From Candidatus Stramentimicrobium fermentans (GTDB taxonomy: Bacteria > Atribacterota > Phoenicimicrobiia > Phoenicimicrobiales > Stramentimicrobiaceae): a DNA stretch of 64,000 bases. This document shows positions 38,336 to 47,901 of the stretch, in pieces; within the stretch, counting starts at the first letter, position 1, and every line of letters starts with the position of its first letter. The notes beneath the pieces are model-generated. The model was given only the letters and a program-made list of their open reading frames with translations, did no database searches and had not been told where the DNA came from. The translations under genes were made by a program, and so were the position numbers. The DNA is taken from contig JAAYOB010000002.1 in NCBI GenBank assembly GCA_012520575.1, positions 5,264 through 69,263 of the forward strand, written 5' to 3'.

Positions 38336-39170
38336 AAAGGGTTTAGGAAAAGGATTGGAATCGATAATACCAATCTCTAGTATACAGGATAGGTCCTACG
38401 TGATGGAGGTGGAGATTGAACAGCTAACCCCCAATTTATATCAACCACGACAGGCTTTTGATCAGGAAAAAATGAATGAACTAAAGGAGTCCATAAGAGC
38501 ACATGGTATTATTCAGCCCATTATTGTTCGAGAATCAGCTCAAGGGTACGAAATAGTAGCCGGTGAAAGGAGATTGAGAGCTGCCCAAGAACTGGGCATG
38601 AAAACCATACCGGTTATTATTCGCCAATTCAATAATCTCAAGACTTTAGAAGTAGCCTTAGTGGAGAACATACAAAGAGAAGACTTGAATCCAATTGAAC
38701 AGGCGTTTGCCTTTAAAAGATTAGTAGAAGAATTTAAACTTACTCATCAAGAATTGGCTGCCATAACCGGGAAGAGCAGATCTTTTATTACCAATACTCT
38801 GCGCTTACTTAATTTAGATGAATGGGTCAGGGAAAAGATAGCTTCTGGTAAGATTACCTCCGGACATGGCAAGGTGCTGTTAGGCATAGAAGAAAAGCAG
38901 ATTCAAAAGGAATTCGGACAAAAAATAATGGAACAGGAGTTATCCGTACGAGATTCGGAAAGATTAGTGGAGCGTTGGCTAAAAATAAAAGATAAAAAAT
39001 TCTCTTACAATAAAAGCAAGATCCAATATTATCCTGAAATAGAGAAAAAGTTGAGAACCAAATTAGGAACCAGAGTAAATGTTAAATTTAGCGGGAAAAA
39101 AGGAAAGATTACTATTGAATTTTATAGCAGTGATGATTTGAACAGAATTTCCGGCTTTATTCTAAATTAA
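38328..39170 (+). CDS. spo0J: Chromosome partitioning protein ParB/Spo0J
   Basis: ParB box GERRLRAA, HTH, C-terminal dimerisation region. Start overlaps parA by 8 nt. Confidence 0.85.
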   Translation: MAKKGLGKGLESIIPISSIQDRSYVMEVEIEQLTPNLYQPRQAFDQEKMNELKESIRAHGIIQPIIVRESAQGYEIVAGERRLRAAQELGMKTIPVIIRQFNNLKTLEVALVENIQREDLNPIEQAFAFKRLVEEFKLTHQELAAITGKSRSFITNTLRLLNLDEWVREKIASGKITSGHGKVLLGIEEKQIQKEFGQKIMEQELSVRDSERLVERWLKIKDKKFSYNKSKIQYYPEIEKKLRTKLGTRVNVKFSGKKGKITIEFYSSDDLNRISGFILN

Positions 39171-39202
39171 TTTTAAGAGGTTATAGAGGCATTGTTTTTT
39201 AT

Positions 39203-39751
39203 ATGAAAGAAAAAGTCTTTAACAGTATAGTGTTTGTTTTTTTTATTGTTATATTGTTGACAGTATCTTTGAAATGTTTTTTAATATCTTTCCATATTAT
39301 TGAGAGAGAGCATTTAATTAATCTCATTGTAGAGAATCTAAATCTGATTTACAGCGATGTGATTTATAAGACAATGCTGGCTTTAGTCGGATTAGTCTTT
39401 TTCTTACTGGCCCTTGGTCTTATATTGGTCAAACAGAGGATGGTGCAGCGGCAGCTCCATGTTAAAGTTATTACTGATTTTGGTGAGATAAAGGTTTCTC
39501 TTTTCTCTTTAGAGCAGGTTATTCTAAATATACTTAAAGAAGTGGGCGGGGTAAAGAGAATAAAACCGGAGATTCAAATACAGAAAGGCGGAGATATTAA
39601 AACAGTTTTAGAACTGGTTGTTGCTAAAGATAGTAATATACCGGATGTTGCAACCACCATTCAGCGTAAATTAAAAGAAGAACTGCCTAAAATCAGCGGA
39701 GCTGTTTTAAGGGAAGTAAAAATTAACGTTAACAAGATTGACTTTGAGTAA
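39203..39751 (+). CDS. Alkaline-shock-protein membrane anchor AmaP-like (DUF2273/DUF4446-like)
   Basis: Two N-terminal TM helices plus a soluble domain. Immediately precedes an Asp23-family gene, as amaP-asp23 does. Confidence 0.45.
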   Translation: MKEKVFNSIVFVFFIVILLTVSLKCFLISFHIIEREHLINLIVENLNLIYSDVIYKTMLALVGLVFFLLALGLILVKQRMVQRQLHVKVITDFGEIKVSLFSLEQVILNILKEVGGVKRIKPEIQIQKGGDIKTVLELVVAKDSNIPDVATTIQRKLKEELPKISGAVLREVKINVNKIDFE

Positions 39752-39787
39752 TATAAAATAAATCCAAAATTAAGGGGGTATTAATTT

Positions 39788-40276
39788 ATGGATATTCTGG
39801 AAAATAAGAATATAGAAAAAAAATCGGCAGAAGAAGAGAAGAATTTAGAATTGGGGAAAATCTCTGTTTCTAAAGATGTTGTTGCTATTATCGTAGCAAT
39901 GGAGGCAATTAAAGTAAAAGGTGTAGTGGGCTTAACAGGCGGCAGAAAAGGTCTTGCCGCACCGATTTTAGATAAGAACAATTTGAACAAAGGTATTGAT
40001 GTGGTGATGGCCCAGAATCAGAAAGAAGTTGCCTTAACTGTATCATTGGTAGCAGACTATAGTGTTGGTATCTATCAGACTGCCCGGGAAGTACAGAAAA
40101 ATATTAAAAAAGCTGTAGAGACCATGGCCGGCTTAATAGTCTCTAAGGTAGATATAAATGTTCTCGATGTTAAATTTAAAGAAGACTTAGAAAAGGAGAA
40201 AAAAGAGGAAGATACTAAAAAAGAGAAGCCTGTTGAGGTAAAAGAAAAAACTCCTGCTAAAAAGGATGATAAATAA
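39788..40276 (+). CDS. Asp23/Gls24-family alkaline shock protein
   Basis: ISVSKDVVAIIVAMEAIKVKGVVGL core. Lys/Glu-rich tail. Confidence 0.75.
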   Translation: MDILENKNIEKKSAEEEKNLELGKISVSKDVVAIIVAMEAIKVKGVVGLTGGRKGLAAPILDKNNLNKGIDVVMAQNQKEVALTVSLVADYSVGIYQTAREVQKNIKKAVETMAGLIVSKVDINVLDVKFKEDLEKEKKEEDTKKEKPVEVKEKTPAKKDDK

Positions 40277-40381
40277 GTATAAAATTAAACCCGGAATATA
40301 AATTTTGAAAAATATTTCTCTAAAATTTTCAAATTCTAGGGAAATATTTTTCATTTTTAATACCGGCAGAAGGAGAGCGTC

Positions 40382-41602
40382 TTGACTGAAAGTATCAAAT
40401 TATTTTCTGTAACAATACTTATAGTCTTTTTGTTGAGAATGAGGTGTGATTTAGGTCTAACCATGTTTCTGGCTTCACTCTCCTTAAGTATTCTATTTAA
40501 GATTGGCTTTAAATCACTATTTTACAATGCTTATCTCACCATCATTGACCCCATCACCCTGCTCTTGGTTGGGGCAGTAGTATTTGTCTATATCTTGAGC
40601 GGGATTTTAAAAAGAACAAAGAACATGGAAGGTATTGTGGGGTCCTTGCAATATCTAATTGCCGACCATCGGCTGATACTATTTTTAATTGCCTCTTTTT
40701 TAGGTTTAATTCCTATGGTATCAGGTGCCATGTTTTCCGCACCTTTAGTAAAGGAGATTGGAGAGAAGAGCCGGGTAAAGTCTGAAGATATGATGCTGTC
40801 CAATTATTGGTTTCGACACGTCTGGGAATTTATCTGGCCCCTGATTCCCGGGGTGGCATTATATGCTTCTATGCTCGGGATTAGCTTATCAGAAATGATG
40901 GTCAGACAATTCCCCTTAACTATTATAGCCTTAGGCATTGGATTTTTCTGGATGTTTCTTAGTATAGAAAAAAGAAATAATCATAATAAGAATCTAAATG
41001 ATTATAAATCACATCTATTAACATTTTTACAGGGTGTTTGGCCTATACTATTGGTGCTCTCTTTAGTGCTTTTTTTAAGAGTTCACCTTCTTACCGCTTT
41101 AAGTGTAAGTGCCATCCTTTTGATTATAGTGCATAAACTATCTCTGAAAACGCTGCTGGAGATTATTAAATACGATATTCCCCTTAAGGTCGTTACCATG
41201 ATTTTCGGAATTATGCTCTTCAAACAAATCTTAAATGCCACTAATTCCTTAGGCTCCGTTTCTCAATTTCTTTCTGATATGGGCATTAATATATGGGCTA
41301 TCTTGTTTGTGATTCCTTTTTTATTAGGGCTATTAACAGGTATTACCGCTGGTTTCGTGGGGGTGAGTTTTCCCATTGTGCTGCCATTGATAACGAAGAA
41401 TGGTTCCCCGAATATATCTATGGCTATGTTTGCTTACTTGGCCGGCCTTTCGGGTATGATGCTATCGCCAATGCATCTCTGTCTTGCTTTAACCGCAGAG
41501 TATTTTAAGGTTGATCTGTCAAAATTATATAAAAAATTATTTTTAAATGTATTTGCCTTAATAATTTTCGGTTCTATCTATATCATCCTATTTGTCCGAT
41601 GA
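40382..41602 (+). CDS. Polytopic integral membrane protein, family unassigned (about 12 TM)
   Basis: Hydrophobic repeats throughout. TTG start with a GAAGGAGAG RBS. Confidence 0.4.
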   Translation: MTESIKLFSVTILIVFLLRMRCDLGLTMFLASLSLSILFKIGFKSLFYNAYLTIIDPITLLLVGAVVFVYILSGILKRTKNMEGIVGSLQYLIADHRLILFLIASFLGLIPMVSGAMFSAPLVKEIGEKSRVKSEDMMLSNYWFRHVWEFIWPLIPGVALYASMLGISLSEMMVRQFPLTIIALGIGFFWMFLSIEKRNNHNKNLNDYKSHLLTFLQGVWPILLVLSLVLFLRVHLLTALSVSAILLIIVHKLSLKTLLEIIKYDIPLKVVTMIFGIMLFKQILNATNSLGSVSQFLSDMGINIWAILFVIPFLLGLLTGITAGFVGVSFPIVLPLITKNGSPNISMAMFAYLAGLSGMMLSPMHLCLALTAEYFKVDLSKLYKKLFLNVFALIIFGSIYIILFVR

Positions 41603-41762
41603 CTGTTAATATTGAATATTTCTGTTCAGTCGGCAATTATCAATTAGGAAAGAATGTTAAATACTGTAAATAATCAAAAATAATAAAATTAAGAGCGATT
41701 TATAGATAATAAATGTTTTTATGAAAATTCTCAGATTTTTATATTGATAAGGAGTAGAAGTA

Positions 41763-42815
41763 ATGTCTGATATGATTTTTAAATGTGATAATTTAATAAG
41801 TTTTTCTCAAGAAATCCTTAAAAAACTAGGCTTGAATGAAAATGATGCAAAAACCGTAAGTAAAATATTAATAGAAGCAGATTTGAGAGGTATTTCTTCA
41901 CATGGAATTGCCAGATTACCGATATATGCGAAAAGGATTGAATACGGCCTAATTAATCCAAAGCCCGCAATTAAAGTATTAGAAGAAAACCAAACCTCGG
42001 CATTGTTAGATGCCGATAATGGTATGGGACATATTGCCTCATACCAGGCAATGGAATTATGCATAAAAAAAGCTAAAATATCCGGTACGGCATCGGTTGC
42101 AGTAAAAAATTCGAATCATTTTGGGATTAATGCTTATTATACAATGATGGCAACAAAGGCAAATCTAATCGGGATGGCATTTACGAATACCTCTCCTTTA
42201 ATGGCACCTTTTGGCGGAAGAGAAAGACTTTTGGGTTCAAATCCTTTAAGTATAGCTATTCCCGCAGGTAATGAGCCGGACGTTGTTATCGATATGGCAA
42301 CAAGCGTGGCGGCAAGGGGAAAGCTTGAGGTAGCGGAAAGGAAGGGGGAAAGCATTCCTAAGGACTGGGCAATAGATGAAAAAGGCGAAGCAACAATTGA
42401 TCCCAGAAAGGGATTAGCCGGAGCATTATTGCCTTTTGGGGGGCCAAAAGGATATGGTCTGGCAATTTTTGTTGATATTGTTTCTGGCATTATTACGGGA
42501 TCGAATTTTGGCCCAAATTGTGGTTCTTTGTTCGAAGACCTTGATCGTCCTCAAAACATTGGACACTTTTTTTTAGCAATAAATATAGAAAATTTTATTG
42601 AAATAAAAGAATTTAAGAAAAAAATGGACATTATGATACAAAATATTAAGACTTCTAAAAAGGCAGTAGGTTTTCAAAGAATTTACATGCCAGGGGAGAT
42701 TGAATACGATAAACATATTGAACTTTTAAAAAATGGCATCAAATTGAGCGAAAATACAATAGAGCAACTCAATAAATTAGCTCAAAATCTTGGAGTACCA
42801 AATCGTTTATCTTGA
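41763..42815 (+). CDS. Ldh_2-family (malate/L-lactate/L-sulfolactate/ureidoglycolate) dehydrogenase
   Basis: EADLRGISSHGIARLPIY and GGPKGYGLA motifs of the Ldh_2 family. 350 aa. Confidence 0.7.
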   Translation: MSDMIFKCDNLISFSQEILKKLGLNENDAKTVSKILIEADLRGISSHGIARLPIYAKRIEYGLINPKPAIKVLEENQTSALLDADNGMGHIASYQAMELCIKKAKISGTASVAVKNSNHFGINAYYTMMATKANLIGMAFTNTSPLMAPFGGRERLLGSNPLSIAIPAGNEPDVVIDMATSVAARGKLEVAERKGESIPKDWAIDEKGEATIDPRKGLAGALLPFGGPKGYGLAIFVDIVSGIITGSNFGPNCGSLFEDLDRPQNIGHFFLAINIENFIEIKEFKKKMDIMIQNIKTSKKAVGFQRIYMPGEIEYDKHIELLKNGIKLSENTIEQLNKLAQNLGVPNRLS

Positions 42816-43229
42816 TATATAGTTCTTTTATATTAATTAATGAGCAAGATCTCATTAGTGTCGCTCAGACTGTGTTATGATAACATCTGTTTATCCATGA
42901 TCGGGAGTTAAGTCAAAAAAATAAATGATAATAGGGATTAAATAATTACAGACTAACCTCCGCCCATTAATAATGTATTCTTGATTAACACCGGTAAATT
43001 ATAAGGGCTAGATTGAAACAGGTGCCAAAATAAAGTAGATTTTTACTATAAATTAAGTAAAATAAGGATATCTCGTGCGTGCGTATTTTAAACTATTTCT
43101 TTTCTAACCGGCAAGGCAGGGGTTACCTGAAATCATTATAATCTGGTAAGAGAAAAAAGTACCTACAAAAATTTGGTACATACACATACTTATATATTCT
43201 ATAAATATATTTTGGAAAGGAGAGGAATT

Positions 43230-44120
43230 ATGTCTAAACCGAAGATTGGTTTTATTGGAATTGGCATCATGGGTTTTCCTATGGCTTGCAATCTGCTCAA
43301 GGCAGATTATCCCCTTATTGCTTATAATACCAGTGAACCATCCTTAAACAAGGTAGTTAAAGAGGGTGCTGAAAGAGGAAAGTCCTGTGCCCAGGTGGCA
43401 AATAGCTGTGATATTATCATTACCATGCTGCCCAATTCTCCTGATGTTCAGAGAGCTGTACTGGGTGAGGGGGGAATTTTAGAGGGAGCCAGTAAGGGCC
43501 AAATCTATATAGATATGAGCTCCATTGCCCCTTTAGTTTCCCGATCCGTCGCCCGGGAATTGGCTAAGAAGAGCATAGATATGCTGGATGCCCCGGTTAG
43601 CGGTGGACAGGAAAAAGCCCAATCAGGAACTTTGGCTATCATGGTGGGAGGGAAAGAAGAGATTTTCAATTATTGTAAACCCGTGTTAGAGGTCTTAGGG
43701 AAACCGGTTTTAGTAGGAGATATAGGTGCCGGGCAGACGGCGAAATTAGTTAATCAGGCCATCGTAGCTGTTAATATTGCCATAGTTGCCGAAGCCTTTC
43801 TGTTGGGCAAAAAAGCGGGAGTTGACCCGGAAAAAATCTTTAATGCCATCAAGGGCGGGTTAGCCGGTAGTCAATGCCTTACCGACAAACTACCCCGCAT
43901 GTTTAACGGAAATTTTGACCCCGGTTTCCGCTTGAGACTACATGCCAAAGACCTGAATAATGTTTTACAGACCAGTCAGGAGCTGCATAATGCCATGCCC
44001 TTAACTGCCCAGGTTATGGAGATGGTGCAGTCCTTGCTTGCTGAAGGTTACGACGAGTTAGACCATGCCGGACTGGCATTATTCTATGAGAATATGAATA
44101 AAATTTCCCTAAAAAAATAA
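43230..44120 (+). CDS. NAD(P)-dependent beta-hydroxyacid dehydrogenase (tartronate semialdehyde / 3-hydroxyisobutyrate dehydrogenase family)
   Basis: N-terminal GFIGIGIMGFPMA Rossmann motif. 6PGDH-like C-terminal helical domain. ATG 43230 with a GGAGAGG RBS. Confidence 0.75.
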   Translation: MSKPKIGFIGIGIMGFPMACNLLKADYPLIAYNTSEPSLNKVVKEGAERGKSCAQVANSCDIIITMLPNSPDVQRAVLGEGGILEGASKGQIYIDMSSIAPLVSRSVARELAKKSIDMLDAPVSGGQEKAQSGTLAIMVGGKEEIFNYCKPVLEVLGKPVLVGDIGAGQTAKLVNQAIVAVNIAIVAEAFLLGKKAGVDPEKIFNAIKGGLAGSQCLTDKLPRMFNGNFDPGFRLRLHAKDLNNVLQTSQELHNAMPLTAQVMEMVQSLLAEGYDELDHAGLALFYENMNKISLKK

Positions 44121-44145
44121 TTTAGGGAAATAGAAGGAGTTAGAC

Positions 44146-44832
44146 ATGAAGGTAGTTCTGGAAGAAAAACGAAAAGAAAATGAAGGCGTATATAGTCTTG
44201 TTTTTCAGACTGAAGAACCGGTCTCCTGGCAAGCCGGCCAGTATATGGTTTTAAATATTCCTCATGCTAATCCTGATGATAGAGGAGAAACTCGCCATTT
44301 TACCATCTCATCAGCACCTTTTCAAAAAAAACCCATGATTACCACCCATTATCTAGCGGAAGAAGGCAGCTCTTTTAAAAGGGCCCTCTTTGCCAAAAAG
44401 CAGGGAGATACGGTGGAAGTCCTGAGAATTGATGGAGAATTTACTTTAAATAAGGAATATAAAAAGTTAGCTTTTATTGCAGGCGGCATCGGAATAACTC
44501 CTTACCACGCCATGCTCTTAGAATTAGCAAAAGAAAAAGATGATAGGGATGTAATATTGATTTATAGCAACAAAGATAAAAATCATATTGCTTTTAAAGA
44601 CACCTTAGAACGCTTAGAAAAAGAGTATAACAGCTTAAAATTAGTAAATATTTTTTCACCCCGGAGAGCCGATACTAACTTAATCAAAGAAGTAGTTCCG
44701 GACATGGTTGAGCGGGCTTTCTATCTCTCCGGTCCCATAAGATTGGTTAAAGCGGTAGAGGAAGTATTACAGCAGCTCAATATCAGCAGAGACCATATAA
44801 GGAAAGATTATTTTCCACGTGTTGATGAGTAA
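44146..44832 (+). CDS. FAD/NAD(P)-binding ferredoxin-reductase-like oxidoreductase
   Basis: RHFTISS (FAD) and GGIGITP (NAD) motifs. 228 aa. Confidence 0.6.
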   Translation: MKVVLEEKRKENEGVYSLVFQTEEPVSWQAGQYMVLNIPHANPDDRGETRHFTISSAPFQKKPMITTHYLAEEGSSFKRALFAKKQGDTVEVLRIDGEFTLNKEYKKLAFIAGGIGITPYHAMLLELAKEKDDRDVILIYSNKDKNHIAFKDTLERLEKEYNSLKLVNIFSPRRADTNLIKEVVPDMVERAFYLSGPIRLVKAVEEVLQQLNISRDHIRKDYFPRVDE

Positions 44833-44931
44833 TTTTTAAACAGTTATAGAATAAATTTTTAAAATTAAAACATTTGTCCATATATAGCATGCGGGCGTAA
44901 TGATTATTATGTTGATAAGGAAAGTAAGCAG

Positions 44932-45903
44932 TTGGCTATAGAATATTCTGAAAAAGAGAGAGAAGGCATAATTGTTATCGGTGGTGCCAATATAGATGTA
45001 AAGGGTAAACCAAAAAATTTCCTGCAATGGATGACCTCCAACCCAGGCAGTATTCAAGTCAGCCATGGCGGAGTGGGAAGAAACATTGCCCATTATTTAG
45101 GACTGCTTAATATCCCTGTTACCTTTTTAAGTGCTGTTGGTGATGATGAAGCGGGCAGAGAGATATTGGAGAAGCTGAGACATGCGCAGGTACAGACCGG
45201 TGAGATTATTCAGTCTAAAAAGGACCCGACCGGAAAATATATAGCTGTTCTCAATGAAAAAGGAGATATGGAGGTCGGGATAAGTGATACGGAAATTATG
45301 AAAAGGGTTACCCCTCGCTATCTTATTGCCAAAGCAGGGATTATCAGGAAAAACCGCATGGTGATTATCGATGCCAATCTCACTACCCGTGCCCTAAACC
45401 ATATTGCCTCTTTCTGCAGTAGTGAAAATATTCCCATACTTGTTGATCCGGTATCTGTAGAAAAAAGCAGAAAACTATTAGGAATCCTGCCTAAAATTGA
45501 TTTTTTAACTCCCAATATGGGAGAACTTAGTTCTCTTTCCGGTACTATAATTAAAGAGATAGGTGATAGCAAAAGAGCAATAGAGCGACTTATGAAAAAA
45601 GGAGTTAATCATATTATCTTAACCGGAGGCACACAGGGGGCTTACCTCTATTCTAAGGAAGTCCCGGAGGGAAAGTTTATCAGAACCAGGAGAAGAAAAA
45701 TGGTAGATAGTACCGGAGCGGGGGATGCCCTGTTGGCCGGTTTTGCTTATGGCTTGTATCATAATTATGAACTTAGTCAAGCGGTTCAGGCGGGTCTTAT
45801 TATGTCGGCTTTAACGGTTACTTCTTCCCAGACGGTATACTCGAAATTAAATGAGATGATGCTAAAGAAAGAGTTTTCCAGAACATTTAGCAGGAGCTTA
45901 TAA
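44932..45903 (+). CDS. psuK: PfkB-family carbohydrate kinase, likely pseudouridine kinase
   Basis: IVIGGANIDV N-terminus, GAGDA anion hole near the C-terminus. Followed 2 nt later by psuG. TTG start, uncertain. Confidence 0.6.
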   Translation: MAIEYSEKEREGIIVIGGANIDVKGKPKNFLQWMTSNPGSIQVSHGGVGRNIAHYLGLLNIPVTFLSAVGDDEAGREILEKLRHAQVQTGEIIQSKKDPTGKYIAVLNEKGDMEVGISDTEIMKRVTPRYLIAKAGIIRKNRMVIIDANLTTRALNHIASFCSSENIPILVDPVSVEKSRKLLGILPKIDFLTPNMGELSSLSGTIIKEIGDSKRAIERLMKKGVNHIILTGGTQGAYLYSKEVPEGKFIRTRRRKMVDSTGAGDALLAGFAYGLYHNYELSQAVQAGLIMSALTVTSSQTVYSKLNEMMLKKEFSRTFSRSL

Positions 45904-45904
45904 T

Positions 45905-46849
45905 ATGGATTACTTTGAAATTTCAAAAGAAATTAAAGAAGCAATTGGCAAGGGCAGAGAAGGTAAGCCCGTAGTGGCACTGGAATCCAATCTTATTACT
46001 CATGGCCTTCCTTTTCCGGAAAATATTAATACTGCTTTTCAGATGGAAAAGAACATTCGCGATGAGGGGGCAATCCCCGCTACTATAGCCATTTTAAATG
46101 GTAAGATAAAAGTTGGCTTGAGTCATGACGAAATTGAAAAACTGGCACAATTCCCAAATACCATTAAAGCCAGTAAGAGAGATTTATCCGCACTGTTAAC
46201 CAAAGAAATGAATGGCGGCACCACGGTTGCCTTAACCATGTGGATTGCCCATCGCTGTCAGATAGTGTTCTTTGCCACAGGAGGTATTGGCGGAGTACAT
46301 AGCGACTTTGGGGGAGAAGATAATATGGATATCTCGGCTGATTTGACCGAACTTTCCCGAACCCCGGTTGCGGTTCTCTGTTCCGGTCCCAAGGCCATTT
46401 TGGATATCCCTCGCACCATGGAATATTTAGAAACCATGGGTGTTCCGGTATTGGGCTATAAGACCAAAGAACTGCCGGATTTTTACAGTCAATCCAGCCA
46501 TGTAAAGGTAGATTTTCCGGTGAAAGATGCGCAGGAAGCAGCGCAAATTGTCTGGACCCATCTGCACTTAAAGATGGGCACCGGTTTGGTAATCGCTAAT
46601 CCGATACCGACAGAATTTGCTCTCAGCAAAAAGAAGGTGGACCATTGGATAGAACAAGCCCAACAGTCCGCCCAAAAGGAGAATATAAAGGGCAAACAAC
46701 TTACCCCGTATCTCTTAAATAAGATTAAGGAATTTAGTGAGGGAAGAAGTTTAAAAGCAAATATAGAACTGTTAAAACATAATGCTACCGTAACAGCCCA
46801 AATTGCACTGGCTTATCAGGAGATTCTTCTTTCCGGCCCCCATAAATGA
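45905..46849 (+). CDS. psuG: Pseudouridine-5'-phosphate glycosidase
   Basis: IndA/PsuG pattern ALESNLITHGLPFPEN, GGIGGVH. Confidence 0.8.
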   Translation: MDYFEISKEIKEAIGKGREGKPVVALESNLITHGLPFPENINTAFQMEKNIRDEGAIPATIAILNGKIKVGLSHDEIEKLAQFPNTIKASKRDLSALLTKEMNGGTTVALTMWIAHRCQIVFFATGGIGGVHSDFGGEDNMDISADLTELSRTPVAVLCSGPKAILDIPRTMEYLETMGVPVLGYKTKELPDFYSQSSHVKVDFPVKDAQEAAQIVWTHLHLKMGTGLVIANPIPTEFALSKKKVDHWIEQAQQSAQKENIKGKQLTPYLLNKIKEFSEGRSLKANIELLKHNATVTAQIALAYQEILLSGPHK

Positions 46850-46914
46850 TTATATTTTATACCAAAGCTGCCCTATTATCGGAAAGCACTCTCAGTTGGC
46901 CGGAAGAAAAGGAA

Positions 46915-47136
46915 CTAAGTTCTTTTCAGTAAGCTGTTTTTAATCTGTTTTAACGCTCTATGCCTTCTATAATTAATGGTTTGTTGGGATTCATTTAACA
47001 ATTCCCCAATCTCGGCATCACGATAACCCCACCAATAATAGAGCAATATAATTTCGCGGTCCTGCCGGCTAAGTTCATCCAAACACCCTTTTAAAGTATT
47101 GCTTTTAAATTTACATTCTATACCATAGTAATCCAT
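46915..47136 (-). CDS. Sigma-70 region 4 (HTH) protein, downstream half of the split sigma factor
   Basis: LSRQDREIILLYYWWGYRDAEIGELLNESQQTINYRRHRALKQIK, a region-4 HTH. Confidence 0.5.
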   Translation of the reverse strand: MDYYGIECKFKSNTLKGCLDELSRQDREIILLYYWWGYRDAEIGELLNESQQTINYRRHRALKQIKNSLLKRT

Positions 47137-47475
47137 TTATTTCTCCCGCCCCTTTTCATACATTTTTCTAAAATATGTCCATAATCCCCATTTGAGTCTT
47201 TTCTTTATATAGCCGGCAAAGGTAACAGGGGGCATAGGCGTATATTGGTAGACTCCGGTAATGAAGTACAAAACAGACTGTTGATAAATATCTTCGTATT
47301 CTGATCCCATTTGATAATAAAAACAGGCCTTCCTCTTAAAAAGTGGACTGAATTGTTCTATTAGTTGCAGCATGGCTTCTTTATCCCCTGTCTTAGCTTT
47401 CTGAATTAATTGGTCAGTCATATCTTTATTTTGATTAAAATTGCTGGGCTCTCTTCTGCCCTCTGAATCAGCCAT
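47137..47475 (-). CDS. Sigma-70 (ECF-like) region 2 protein, upstream half of a split sigma factor
   Basis: 112 aa with region-2-like EDIYQQSVLYFITGVYQY. Ends in TAA, immediately followed in the same frame by the ATG of the region-4 ORF. Confidence 0.45.
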   Translation of the reverse strand: MADSEGRREPSNFNQNKDMTDQLIQKAKTGDKEAMLQLIEQFSPLFKRKACFYYQMGSEYEDIYQQSVLYFITGVYQYTPMPPVTFAGYIKKRLKWGLWTYFRKMYEKGREK

Positions 47476-47901
47476 CCTTAATCAGCTCCTTCTGTTAATA
47501 TATTATTTCTTTCATTCTTCTTGTCTAATAGTAAGCTGTAGAGGGTGTTGTTGTAGTCTGAAACCGGTAAATATAGAGGATATTTTTGATACATTTTTAC
47601 CTGAATATTACTTTAATCTGAAATAACAGTCTAATAGCGATCTGAAAATACTCAGGACTATAGCAGAAAAGAGTGAAAAGCATCTTAACCAGGGAATTAG
47701 AAAGCTAAACGGGATAAGAAGAGGGTGCAAAATCTAATTTTATTAAATATTGCAAGATAATATCTCCTGGCATAGACCAAGAAAAAACACACTTTTTCTA
47801 CTTGTTTTTATCTTAAAAATATGAGGAAAAAATGAGAATATTTAGAAGAATAGCATTACTTGAGATATTAATGACCTTTCCCGTTACCTCATTATTAAGC
47901 A

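Noticed and set aside
40307-40358. 12-bp inverted repeat GAAAAATATTTC...GAAATATTTTTC after asp23 as a possible regulatory palindrome.
   Set aside because: Followed by ATTTTTAA on the plus strand. Most simply an AT-rich intrinsic terminator for the amaP-asp23 unit rather than an operator.
44808-44826. Third parS-like sequence TTTTCCACGTGTTGAT inside the FNR-like CDS.
   Set aside because: Only the central CCACGTG half matches (about 10/16). Probably chance, unlike the two perfect 16-mers upstream of parA.
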